From NCBI GenBank assembly GCA_051294905.1, contig CM119372.1:10604001-10668000 (forward strand): DNA of 64,000 nt, written 5' to 3'. Under the pieces are notes generated by a model. It did no database searches, was not told the DNA's origin, and worked only from the letters and a program-made list of their open reading frames with translations. Positions 1 to 11,578 of the stretch are shown here, one piece after another. Position numbers and translations under genes: made by a program. The stretch comes from Botryllus schlosseri (lineage: Eukaryota). Positions within the stretch are counted from its first letter, which is position 1, and every line of letters begins with the position of its first letter.

Positions 1-432
1 GTTTTGTAACTGTTCCTGTGTAAGAGGAATGAGCAATGAGCATCCACTGTCTTTCAAAGAATCTGCACTATATGAACTTTGTATTCCTAATATTGAATGG
101 TGGGCTATCTGGCTAACATGGTACACCAAACATTTACGCCTTCTGAGTGATACTCCTTGATTGCTCACGGCTAAGATGTCTTTATGTCAGGGTCTGTTAA
201 TCATTGTTTTATTGAACTTTGGTGTTATGGAGAAATGTTCTTTACTAATCGAGTCATTCAAGGCAAGATAGAACAACATTAATGGTCATCATCCATCACT
301 TTGTTTCACTTCACCTGGGTATACACAATATTTGTTGACAACTTGGGAGGTTACTGACAAATTTCACTTTGGCCGCCTCCATTATTACCCGTTCAGTAAG
401 AGATATTATATATTACCATGTGCATATTGACT

Positions 433-740
433 GACAAGATAGCGTAATGGTGAAGCGTCCGGCTTCTTGATCGGTAGGTCGTGGGTTCGATCCCTGGCCG
501 GGTCAGACCAAAGACCTGATTAGTAACACTGGTATTCATGACTTCCCTGCTTGGCGCTCATGCATTACTGGGATAGCATGGAGGGGTGGTGCAAGACTTA
601 AAAAGCCGTAAAGTCTATATCTGCACCTTCCTTGTCCAGCGGCATATGCACATCATGCACTCATGGTATGCACACAGATCGTGTGTATGTGTATCATGAG
701 TCGGTGTATATGCCGCAAAAACATCAAGGACAAAAATAAA
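433..740 (+). mobile_element. tRNA-derived SINE (probable MetaSINE-type), copy 1
   Basis: A-box-like TAGCGTAATGG, B-box GGTTCGATCC, central GGTCAGACCAAAGAC...CTTCCCTGCTTGGCGCTCA and A-rich end. Highly similar copies at 39283-39593 and 54914-55226. Confidence 0.85.
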
Positions 741-1291
741 GTACCGGTACGTCCTTTCCTATATTTGATGTACTCGCTAACAATTGCCTTGAAATTTGTA
801 TGAATGGTTCACACCTTTGGCCTTTATTCCCTACTTGCTCTTTGTGGCTGCAGACGAACTATGGCCTTTTACAGTGATGTATTTCCTTTGTATTTCCTCT
901 ATATTGCTTTGTAACAGGTGGTTGTGTTGTGCATTGCTTGAGGTAACGGTTTTGCTTTGGGTTTTACCTTGCCTGTTGTACGTGTGTTGACACTTGACAC
1001 GGTATATTTGTAGTTTTGTTTCTGAACAATATTTGGCTATTTTGATAATTGATAATAATTGTAATGAAAATGGTGTTCGACAAACTATTGCAATGGTATT
1101 TATTTCCGTAGCCATGTATCGGCTACCGACAACTAAACAAATTTGCAATTTTTTCAACCACTGGTTTGGTAGTAGGCTACCTAATTTTGACCATTATTAT
1201 TACTGTGTCATATTTGGGTTGGCTAAATTAATTCTGGCAGCAGACTCTTTGAAGTGAAAAATTGCGAGTTCTCCAATTTGATATGTGTGGT

Positions 1292-2146
1292 GGACCGTGG
1301 ACATAAGAGCATGCGACTTTAGAGGATGCGCCGCTTTGGCATACGACAATTAGGCATGTGACACGTGAGCATGTGGGTTAAATTATGGGTTAGGGGTAGG
1401 TTAGGGTTGGATTCATGTTTGGGTTAGGGTTAGGATATATATAAGGGTTAATTTCAGTGCTATGTTTCCGGTTAGGGTAAGTTTTTGGATTGTAAGTCAC
1501 ATGCTGAAGTGTCCCATGCTGAACTCTCGTTTTCCATTGTGTCGCATGCTCATATGTCGGGCAACCAAGGAAATAAAATGCATTTGTGGAAATTCACGCC
1601 CTCTTGTACCCCAATTCTCGGTTTAATCCACATGTAATATATATATAATTCGTTTGTTTGTATTGGTTTCTCGACATATGAGCGTGCGACACAATGACAC
1701 GGAAACGAGAGAGTCACACACAAATACGTGCTGAAGTATATGATACATTCAAGTAATATATTCCCACGCTCTCAAGATATATGTGCGATAGCAGTTGTTG
1801 ATGTCATAAGTGGGTTAGTCCCTTCAATTCATCTACCGTCTATGACTTTGTAGTCATCGTACATATTTCCCTTATGGATTGCCCTCAACACTAATGCAGT
1901 CATACTTCCTTCGAAGACGGTAACGTCCGGGTAATTACGTTTTCACAATTTACGCAGCTATATATCGCACCCGACGTTCCTTTACGCTTGGGATTAGGAT
2001 ATATATAGCGGTTAAGGTCAGGGTTATGTTTCGATTTAGGGTTAGTTTTGGGGTGATAAAGTCAAATGCTGAAGTGACGCATGCTAAAGTATCCCATGCT
2101 CAAATGTCGTTCTCCATTGTGTCTCGTGCTCATATGTCGGGTAACC
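1292..2146. mobile_element. Two adjacent MULE-like MITEs with internal TTAGGG-like repeats
   Basis: Inverted ends GACATATGAGCA(T/G)GCGACAC / GTGTCGCATGCTCATATGTCGGG(C/T)AACC define units at about 1292-1567 and 1666-2146, with GGGTTAGGG tracts inside. Confidence 0.6.
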
Positions 2147-2438
2147 GTGCGTGGTAGGAACAAATTCGTTATGAATCTGCCTTCTATTGATGCCGTGGCA
2201 TACTGCGAAACCGGCGTACACTACTCATTCTTTTACAGCAGTCGTCATCTGCTTTACATACATTCAAATTTGATTATTGTTACTCAACTGAAAGGGGTAT
2301 TATTTGTCTCTCGTCGCCTGTATCACATACCATGTAATGTATGTTTGACAATTATAAAAATTTTTTGAACTTAACCGGTTGTAAATATTGCCTACTGTAT
2401 TTCATGGTTGACGGATAAATAAACTATCTCTCGCACAG

Positions 2439-4810
2439 ACGAGAGCACGGGACTGTCCCGAACATCGTGAAAATGTGCGTGGAAGAAGTCGAACGGCGGG
2501 GCATGGAGGAAATCGGGATATACCGAGTTTCCGGCGTCGCGTCGGAAGTGAAAGAACTGAAAACGTATTTCGACACGAGTAAGTTGCCATCCTGCGTAGC
2601 GTGCTTTCCTTTCTGGGTTATTTATTCGATTGTCGCGTTTCATGTCAGATCGTAGAGACGTATCGTTGCTGATGAGCAACGTCGATATCAACGCGGTCGC
2701 GGGAGTTCTGAAGTTGTATTTCCGAGAGCTGCCGGAACCGTTGTTCACCGATCGGAAGTATAGGTGAGCGGAGGATTTCTTTGCGGAGTTCACCGCCACA
2801 GTTCTAAGATTGTTGCAGCACTTTGTAGCAAAGATGGTCACTGACCACTGCTTGGCGATGAAGCATTTCTACTTCTCCCTAGTATTCGAGAAGGATTTGT
2901 CTACTGACATTACTTCTTCAAGTGGATATGACTTTCGAATTTCACAGTTCTCAGCATTTTGCGTAAAATTATACCAAAATACCTATCTTTTTACTTGGTA
3001 ATCGCTACTTCAACTTGTACTTGTAAATGCTACTGCTTCCATTTGAGTAGAAACGACTACTTGACTACGTCCATTTAGTACCTCCCATTTGGGTCACCTG
3101 ATCCGGGAAGAAATTTTCAAACACATTGTTTGTGTGGCCTGACTTTTGTGCCAATACGTGATGTTCTTCATTAAGCATTTATTTGGTGTTCCTCGGTTGA
3201 TATTTTTCATATCATGCTGTTCTGTAAACTGATGTCGATAGGAACCAGGAGTAGAGCTGGGCAAAACGGGATGATTCGATTTTCAGTCGAGTGTTAGGAA
3301 TAGAGTCTAGTCCAGTATTTGAGTAGCCCACTACATATGACGACGTCGTAATGGTAATGATGACTTGAAAAGTTTGGATATCTATCTTTTTTGTGGCCAC
3401 AAGGCGTAGAAAATAATCATTCCAGCCCTAACCACACACGAGTCGTTCAGTCGTGTAACTTTAATCCTTTTACATTGCAGTGAATTTGTGTCAGCCGTCA
3501 GCCTCGCGGATCCCGAGACGAAACACAACAACATCTGGCGGCTACTCGCTGATCTGCCCGCTCCGAATTACCACACGCTCATGTACCTGAGACAGCATTT
3601 GCTGAAGTGAGTCGGCTGGTGTTTTTGTCCACGTTTCCGTATCGTACACAGCACCTGCTTTTTGCAGAGTCGCTGATAAGGATTCCGTGAACAAAATGAC
3701 CTTGCACAACCTGGCCACTGTCTTTGGACCCACTCTACTTCGGCCCGCCGAAGACACCAGTAAAGGCGACTCGAAAGGGCCGGATCTGATGATGCTGAGC
3801 GCTTTGAGGATGGACGTTCATTACCAGGTGCTTTTTCCGTACCTTTTTCTGCATTTCGATCAACTAACTCACTTTTTCACGGAAGGCAACTTAGTTTTAC
3901 TGCTTGGATTTTATAAATTAGAAATTAGATTTGGCATGTGTTTGCATGATTTTTGTAAGCCGAATTGTTATAATAACAAGGCGAAATAGCCACTGTATCA
4001 CCACAACCGGTTATATTTTTTAAAACTGCACTTATTTGCACTGTCATCAGCGTTAGTCGAAAGTCGCCGCATCTGCTCAACTGCAAGAAGTGTGCGGCCA
4101 ACACTACCTTTTTGAACTGCTTACTCGACCACTTTTGGGAATTAAATTTTCTTATTTCGCTCTGGAGTAGTTTTTAACATGTCCGAAATTCCGTCAGAGT
4201 CAGTAAATATAGTTAATCGACGGACCGTCTCTACTTGAAGGTCGGTGTGTTGCTGTACTGCCTCGAACTTCCGAGAGTGCCCGAGCTGGGCGCGAAGACC
4301 ACCGGGTCGAAACTCATGGCCAGCGTCGTGGAGGCGGAAAACGAAACCGACTCGGCAACCACTGTCCCGAAAGTAATCGGGTCGACTCCGCAAGTCCAAC
4401 CCGGGAACCTCTACGCCAAGCCAGAGCCGGGCGCGAACAGAGTCCAATTGACGAGATCAGCCACGACAGAAAGCCTGGGACCCGGCCCGAAATCCGAACG
4501 GTCCATCCGCCGCAGTACCGGATTGTCATCGTCGTCTGCGGCGCAGTTACGCGAGCGTTACCATAACTACGAGGAAGTCGAGATATCCCCCTTGGCTAGG
4601 AGCCCCACAAAAAAGCAGCAACCCGCCAGGACGGGCTCTGAGAACTCGAGCAATAACAACAGCGGTGTGCCGAAACGCGTTGGCAAATCTTCGGTGAGGC
4701 AGGGCGTGGCCGTGCCGCCTCCGCGTGTACCGCTGAAACCGAACAAGCCGGTCCCGGCGCCTAGAAAGCCTTCCGTGAAGAAGCAGTCGACGCTGGTGAC
4801 CGACTTGTAG
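2439..4810 (+). CDS. BCR/ABR-like RhoGAP, last five coding exons (gene begins upstream of this exon set)
   Basis: Exons 2439-2578, 2649-2763, 3481-3606, 3668-3827, 4241-4810 splice in frame at GT-AG. Translation [27 protein letters not shown]...[19 protein letters not shown]...[19 protein letters not shown]...QVGVLLY closely matches the BCR/ABR GAP domain. BCR vs ABR is not resolvable, probably a pro-orthologue. Confidence 0.93.
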
Positions 4811-4852
4811 CCTCGTGAAGCTTTTTTAAGTTTGTTTTATTCTGCGGTGAAC

Positions 4853-5542
4853 CGGGGCTGTGGAGCTGGAGTTTCGTTAAAGTTTCTATCGTCGGGATCG
4901 CGGTAATTTTGTGACTTTGTAACCATAGTCGGGGAAGCCTGAGGTGGTCAGTAACGAAGTATTCCAAATATGACTTCGACAACTAGTCTCGTTCGACTGA
5001 TTAGCACGAATAGTTATCTAATTTGTTACATGTTTCTTTGTTCTAATTTTAATCTAATTTGTGAAAATTTTCTGTGCTCCTATTTTAGCTCCACTCCAAA
5101 TTGTAGTCTAATTTTGCAAACCGAAAACTTTCTAGTTGTCCAAGTCTGCTCCAAGTAGAAAAAACCTACTTTCTCAAGTGGTGATAATTTGCTTGTATTT
5201 CTACTTGACTTCTGGCTAGCTCTAGAATGCTTACTTATTTACTTAATGGAAAATCGCTACTTCTACTTCAGTCAACATTTATGCGTTACTGCTACTGCCA
5301 CTTGAGTAACAACGATGGCTACTGGGAAACACATACCGGCAAACTTGGTCAATTCACTACGTAACAATAATGACTAAAACTGTAATGAACGTATAATTTT
5401 TGGAGTAGATTTACAACAATGTTGAAGTCGAAGTTTTTGTGACCAAAGTAGTAGAGTTGGTGTGTTTAAGGTTTCCGGAGTCAACATATTGGAAATGTCA
5501 AGGGTCGGAGACGGCGGTAAAGTTACAGACTCCACAGCCCTG
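4853..5542. mobile_element. hAT-type MITE in the BCR/ABR 3' UTR
   Basis: TIRs C(A/G)GGGCTGTGGAG / CTCCACAGCCCTG; perfect 8-bp TSD CGGTGAAC (4845-4852, 5543-5550). Same family as 37249-37670. Confidence 0.85.
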
Positions 5543-6337
5543 CGGTGAACACTATTTTATAACTTTATTTCATAAAATCTTAACCATCATGTAACAACAT
5601 CTTTATCTCTACTCTTATTAAATTACCGTGTAATTATTTTATATCGATCTTATTTCTCGGTGATATCTTATCTGTGCGTCGGGTAGCAAATACTTACCGT
5701 TTCGCTACGGATTTGCATTTGATGATTACAAGGATAGCATATTAGCCGCGAAGGCTAAGCAATCGCCTACAGTGTAGGCCCGGCATTGGCTTGTATTGGG
5801 TTTGTCTGCGAATGAGATGTATTATTGATTCTTAACCCTTTGCACGCAACAGAATCATATGTCAGTACGGACTTTGTAATTCCATGTCATTTCAGTTACA
5901 TACTATTCATTATCACAGAGCCAAGTTTCATTCCGTCGACAGACATCTAGTAATACATTCGCTTCTATTATTCAGTCGAACGCTGCGTTTCGCTTTAACA
6001 CAGGCAGTCTGTATGTTGTGCAATATCCTTGTGATGCCGTTTAAACATATTTCGTTGTGAATGAAAATTGTGCTGTATGTACAATACACATATCCTGTCT
6101 AATTGAGAGGTGATGAATTGAGGTTTATTAGATGTCTCGGGCGGCATTTGAAAATTGATCGTAGGAGAACAGACAGGATGGCGTTTTGAAGATCAGGTTT
6201 GGGTAGAAAGAAAGCAAAGAAGATCAAATACCTCCAGGACTAGGACTGGCTGGAAGTTTTATTTCAGAAGACATCTTCCTGACATATGCACCTTTTTCTA
6301 CAAGTTGCAAAATAACAGTATTTGTAATTTTGTTAGT

Positions 6338-6552
6338 CGCGATAATCCCCCTTGGCTAGGAGCCCCACGAAAAAGCGCCAGGACAAGCTCTGAGCAGGTC
6401 GCGGTTGTGCCAGCTCCGCGTGAACTGATGAAACCGGATAAGCCAGTCCCGGCGCCTTCCGTGAAGAAGCAGTTGACACTGGTGACCGACTTTTATAGCC
6501 TCGTGAAGCTTTTTTCAGTTTGTTTTTCTCTGCGTTGAACTGGGGCTGTGGC
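6338..6552 (+). pseudogene. Degenerate duplicate of the 3' end of the BCR/ABR terminal exon and proximal UTR
   Basis: Aligns with about 4578-4863 (ATCCCCCTTGGCTAGGAGCCCCAC...CCTTCCGTGAAGAAGCAG..GGTGACCGACTT...CTCGTGAAGCTTTTTT) with several deletions. Confidence 0.8.
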
Positions 6553-7270
6553 ATTTTCAATTTTGTTAGCTGACTTGAAGTTTTGAAAGAAACGACTTCT
6601 TGGCCAGGGCGACTCGGCTTATACGCCACCGTTTTATCGACCTGCCCTTTTATACCTTGCTTATCTGTATATCCTATTTCACTCAATTGCATTTTACAGC
6701 GTGTGCTATTGCGTTGCACTGTTACAATTTGCTTCAAGTGACTAGTTCAGTCCAAGGAAAGACAGGGGAAACAAATGATTCATTCATGCATTCAACGTGA
6801 TGTATACTGCCTTATCTTCAAGAAACCGCATTTTAAAGTGAACATACTACTGCACTATTCATTCGCAGCTGAGACCCAGACATTCATCTTTTACATGATT
6901 TCAGCATGTTCGGAAGTCTTTCAATACGCAATAGTGCTCAGCTTCCGAAAATGAAGCCTCACACAGGTATGCCACTGTTCAGCTTCTTCCAGTAAGACTA
7001 GTTTCTCAAAATTTTGAATCGAAGCTGGTAGCTTATTTTACAAACCCGAAAAAATATTTGGTCCTGGCCCTATGTTCACAACCATTGCTGATCTTATTTA
7101 CAAATATTTCGATCCCCTGTGCATTTCTGTCGAAGACAATGGACAAAGAGAGGCAGAGAAACAGTTTGTTCGGCAATAAAATATAAAATTAACTGCATAA
7201 ACACATTATGACATCAACTGAACCCCAGTAGCAATAGCGATTAGGTTTGATGCCTGCAATAGATGTAGGT

Positions 7271-7626
7271 CAGTGGTTCCCAACCTTTTTTTGACTCATC
7301 GCCCCCCCCCCCTTCTCAATCTCAACACAAATTTCGCCCCCCCCCCTCCTATTTACTGATCCGAAAGAGGACATATAATCGGAAATATATTCACCTAACT
7401 CTGATCGCCGGTGAGTTTGCAAAAAAGACCATTTTTCCGGGGTGTTCGGTGCTCGGAAAACCAGTTTCCGCGTCTACTTTCTGTTAAGCTGACCATTTTA
7501 TCGCTTCATATGACCGTGCTAGTTAATTATATACATCACTGAACGTTCTCATATTTTCACCCCCTCGTTTCTCAAAATCACACACTACTAAAGGGGGGGG
7601 GATTTCGCTCATGGTGGGAACCGCCG
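7271..7626. mobile_element. hAT (Charlie/Buster-like) MITE
   Basis: Ends CAGTGGTTCCCAACC / GGTGGGAACCGCCG; TSD ATGTAGG(T/A). Confidence 0.75.
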
Positions 7627-7709
7627 ATGTAGGATTTTAGCAAACATAAGCACAACGGTAGATCTACGAATTTATGCCTCATTCCAATATTTAGTATTTG
7701 CTAAAACTG

Positions 7710-10683
7710 TCAATGTTCCAATGACTTAATAGTGTCTTCGGTCAAAGATATATTCGAAGGTTGCCACCGACTTCCGGCAACTCTAATCTGCAACTTGCAT
7801 TGTTTGATTTTCCATCGATTGTTATCGTTCATATCTCTTAACAGTCCGAAGCACTGTTCGAATACACCGACTACCCTTTGAAAAGACCCGGTGTCGTCTC
7901 TTTCCAAAGTCCCACATACGGCCACTTTTGCCAAACCTTCAGGCGATATAATCCCCCTGAATCCATCTTGCGTTGTATTCGGATTCAGAATGACTCTTTC
8001 CTAAACATATATAAATTGATCATCTACAAAATAACTTGAATAATATATTATAGATCACGATCAAATAACACCATATAATTCTGCCCTCGGACAGCACCTA
8101 TTGAAACACGTCGATTGCGCCAAACATTTATTAGCAATTAGTTTTCCATAGTTGCTAGTGGTCGTTCTCCTATTCATTTAAATGACCTCAAATCTACCAT
8201 TATAAAGATGCAAAGGCTGATCCTCTGCTGCCAGAAAGAACATCTCTATACCCTGAAAATATTTCATGAGAGTTATATTGTCGTTCGGCTATTTTACAGC
8301 CGAATATGTGTCTGTTGTACTGTGCCGTTGTCATTATTAAATCACAACGATAAAATTCTTTCTATATTTCGAATTTGGTTAACCACATCATGATTATAAT
8401 ATATTCGTATTAAAATAAACCCGAATATTTTCGTATCACCAAATACGACATCACTAGCATGGAAATTCGAGAATTGAGGCTTAAGATTGCTTAAGCTCAA
8501 TGAGCCTACTATTTTTATATCATACACAAAACTCCTTTGTCAATAATAACATGATTCAGGCAACATCAATAGATTGTGCGTATGCATGCAAATGACAGTT
8601 GCATTGTCAAATCACAAAATATTGTTATTCGCTTCCAGAGTACAAAAAAATAATTGCAAACACAAGCAGTCATAGCGCTACATAATATAAGCCAAGTAGG
8701 CTACCTGCAATATTAGGGAAGATAGTTTTTCAGTTACTGCTTCAGCATCCTGAAATTCCTCTTGTATAATCTCCGCGGCGTCTGTCATCGCGCCAAAAGT
8801 AAGCCGCGTGTCAGGCCAAAAATGCTGCGGTCCCCAGGATCCTGGATATGTCTCTGGAAGTTAAAACATTTTGTATCGCACACTTTAAATCATGCATAAC
8901 ATGCATGAACATATAATTGTCTCCGGAATACGATTTGAAAAGTGAATCACACATTACTAATGCACGCATACATGTGTAATTGCACACCATCTGTTCGCGT
9001 CATACTGTCACTGACATTGGCATATCATTTCACAGTATATCAGTGGATCAGAGCCTCACATTGGCAAAAGCATCTGCAGATTCAAGTAACGGAAATGAAA
9101 ACTCAGCCTACTGAGCATTGTAATAGTAGGATTTGAAAGCAACATACCAGAGATGAGCATGGATTAGGATAAGACATTTTTTCAGAACGGATTAGGATTT
9201 GGATTTACCTATTTTCTGGGAGATTGAAATGTTGTGTGGCGAATGGCGACAACCTTTATTCAGATCAGGTATTAATGTACATATGGTTGCTAGGTTATCT
9301 TGAATCAAGTGAATCGTTGATTGTGAAAGAAAATTTACGAATCCCTCCATGGCATAAATTAGTTTTTTTTTTCTGAATTTCCAGTTGGAATCGGATTAGA
9401 AATGGACTTGAACAGGAAAAAGTTATGGATTAGGATTTGGATTTGAAGGTTCGGATTTGGATTGGATTAGGACATGGAAATTTCAAATCCGCTCATCTCT
9501 GCAACATACGTCTCTTTGCAGGCAAACATTTGGCCTAAATCGGAGCTCGTTTTTTCTTAAAGGCTGGCTCATGTATCTAGTATAGGAATCTGGAGTTATG
9601 GATCGTCAATCTAATGTCAACACCACATAACCACATATTGGATGTTATGGCCTCCTTAGGTCATATTCTAACATAATTACATAATAATCGATACCTCGGA
9701 GACCATTTAGCATTGGGTAGAACCAGTTGACGAATTCGAGAGCAATTTTAGCACCGTCATCCTCACGATTCTGAATGATTGTGTAATTGTTGATCTCGGT
9801 ATGGAATACCTGTATTGGATCGCTCCTGGTCTGTGAAATTACAACATATATTAGAGATTCATTAACGCCTCAGCAGCAGATTTGGTGCTGAACTTTACCA
9901 AAGTTCAAGTTGGAGTATAGCTATCCAGGAGGAATATTTAGAAGATTATGAATTCCTTCTTGAAATAGGCTAGGACAATGCGTCACGTGAATGAAAGAAT
10001 AACTTGCTTCAGCTTATATAATCACAAGATGCATCTCGACGACTTAGGCAAGAGGTAGGCCTATATTCCATACCACTTCATGTTTGATGCATACGACTTC
10101 ACTTTCATTATGATGAAAGTACATCCATAAACAACATTACAATGAACAGAATTTAAAAGGTAAAAAGTAGCCTACATGCTTCGACTGTAAAAATTGTTCA
10201 ACCTGTAGTTGGGAAAATTCACTATTTGACAGCAGTATACCAATCTGCTAACTTTCCGATAATATTCAATGCTGCAATTAAGTTTCACCTGAGACACATT
10301 GGATGCTAGACTGGTTGAAGAGCCCTTCCACAAATCCAATATTTTGCTGATGAGTTCGGTTTTACTGGACTTTGGGGTGACACCACTTGCTTTTAAAGAC
10401 TGAAGATATTGAAACAAACCATCAGCTTTGACTTTCTTGCGACCAAGCAGCTCTTCTGGTGACTTGGTATACAATACGATAGCATCTATCGCCTCTGAAA
10501 ATCGATTGAAGTATTATTATGCACCTTAATGTTTTAACAATCAGCATCCCAGTACGAATTACCTTCTGATGTGATCGGCGCAACGAGTCTGTTGGTTACT
10601 GTTTCGCAAAGGGATAAAATGTCTGATGATGGAAGAATACGTAAAAGGCTCTTGCAATTGCTACTTTCTTCAGGAGATAGCAT
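7710..10683 (-). CDS. C3orf38: C3orf38 homolog, 5 exons, complete
   Basis: Exons 10683-10563, 10494-10289, 9830-9695, 8853-8705, 8000-7710. Motifs LCETVTNRLV, SPEELLGRKKV, EFVNWFY, WGPQHFW and GVFEQCFGLLR...WKIK match human C3orf38 as recalled. Confidence 0.9.
9148..9501. mobile_element. hAT-type MITE with GGATT(A/T) repeats
   Basis: TIR CAGAGATGAGC / GCTCATCTCTG; perfect TSD CAACATAC. Confidence 0.85.
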
Positions 10684-11328
10684 TATAAAAGGAATGCCGG
10701 TACCACACCATGAGGACAATTCCAGTTGACAGAGTTACTGCACTCTACTGAAAGATACCACTATCAATGCAATGATTTATCTGGTTATGCATATAGTTCT
10801 GAGCAAAATATGAAAATTTAAACAATAATATTCTAATTAGCAAGTATGACGCATGGGTAAACTTTTGATGTGGATACTGGGTAGCTGCCCCGTTTCCGAG
10901 AGCATGATTTCTATACCACAGGGAGTAAAGAAGGTGTATCGGCCGTCCATCCTATTTCGTTCAGAAATCGTGCCATCTCTCTCTCTCTCTGCAGTCTGGA
11001 AGCCCTCACTAGTCACCAAACAATGCCTTCGGTGGTAACAAATGTAGAATCTTCTATAGTAGCAGTATAGAATACACAATTTTTGTATAATGTAAATTCA
11101 CTAACTATATGCTCATTGCTCAATGCTCACAGTACTTGCTCAGTCTCAGAGCTCCTGTGCTGAGTGTGCTCCTGCTCAGTGCTAAGTGCTCAGTGCTCAG
11201 CTCACTCACGCAAGATTTCAAGCGAAATCCGAAAAGGGGACTTCCCGAAATAATAAAAACACAGCTGATCACTTGTGACAAAAATATATTAAAGCTTGAC
11301 AATTCTACGTAAGGAAATTTAAAATAAA

Positions 11329-11480
11329 TTTGAAATAAATCTTCTATTACACAGTATAAATTGCAGTCATATGCATGCATATTCTTGTCGTATTCGCATG
11401 AATGCACAGGCACTGTCATCACCAATCAGCGCAGCAATGAGGCGTGAAAGGCGCAAAATATCTCGTAAGTTTGGCGCGAA
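11329..11480 (+). promoter_or_regulatory. CHAF1A-proximal promoter with E2F and CCAAT motifs
   Basis: CCAAT 11422-11426, E2F-like GGCGTGAAA (11441) and GGCGCAAAA (11450), consensus TTTGGCGC (11470-11477) and CHR-like TTTGAA (11329), all within 100-250 bp of the ATG. Confidence 0.6.
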
Positions 11481-11578
11481 GCTGAGTATTGTTTGCTGGT
11501 GCCTTACGCATACAATTGAAGCGATATTTGCAGGTTACATCGCTACTATATTCCAGTTCTTTTAGTGAGGAATAAGCA

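Noticed and set aside
433..505. Possible tRNA gene
   Set aside because: No convincing cloverleaf; it is the head of a ~310-bp repeat present three times, so a SINE.
6155..6538. 127-aa ORF as a separate gene
   Set aside because: Only the end resembles the BCR/ABR tail, in shifting frames; explained by the degenerate duplication.
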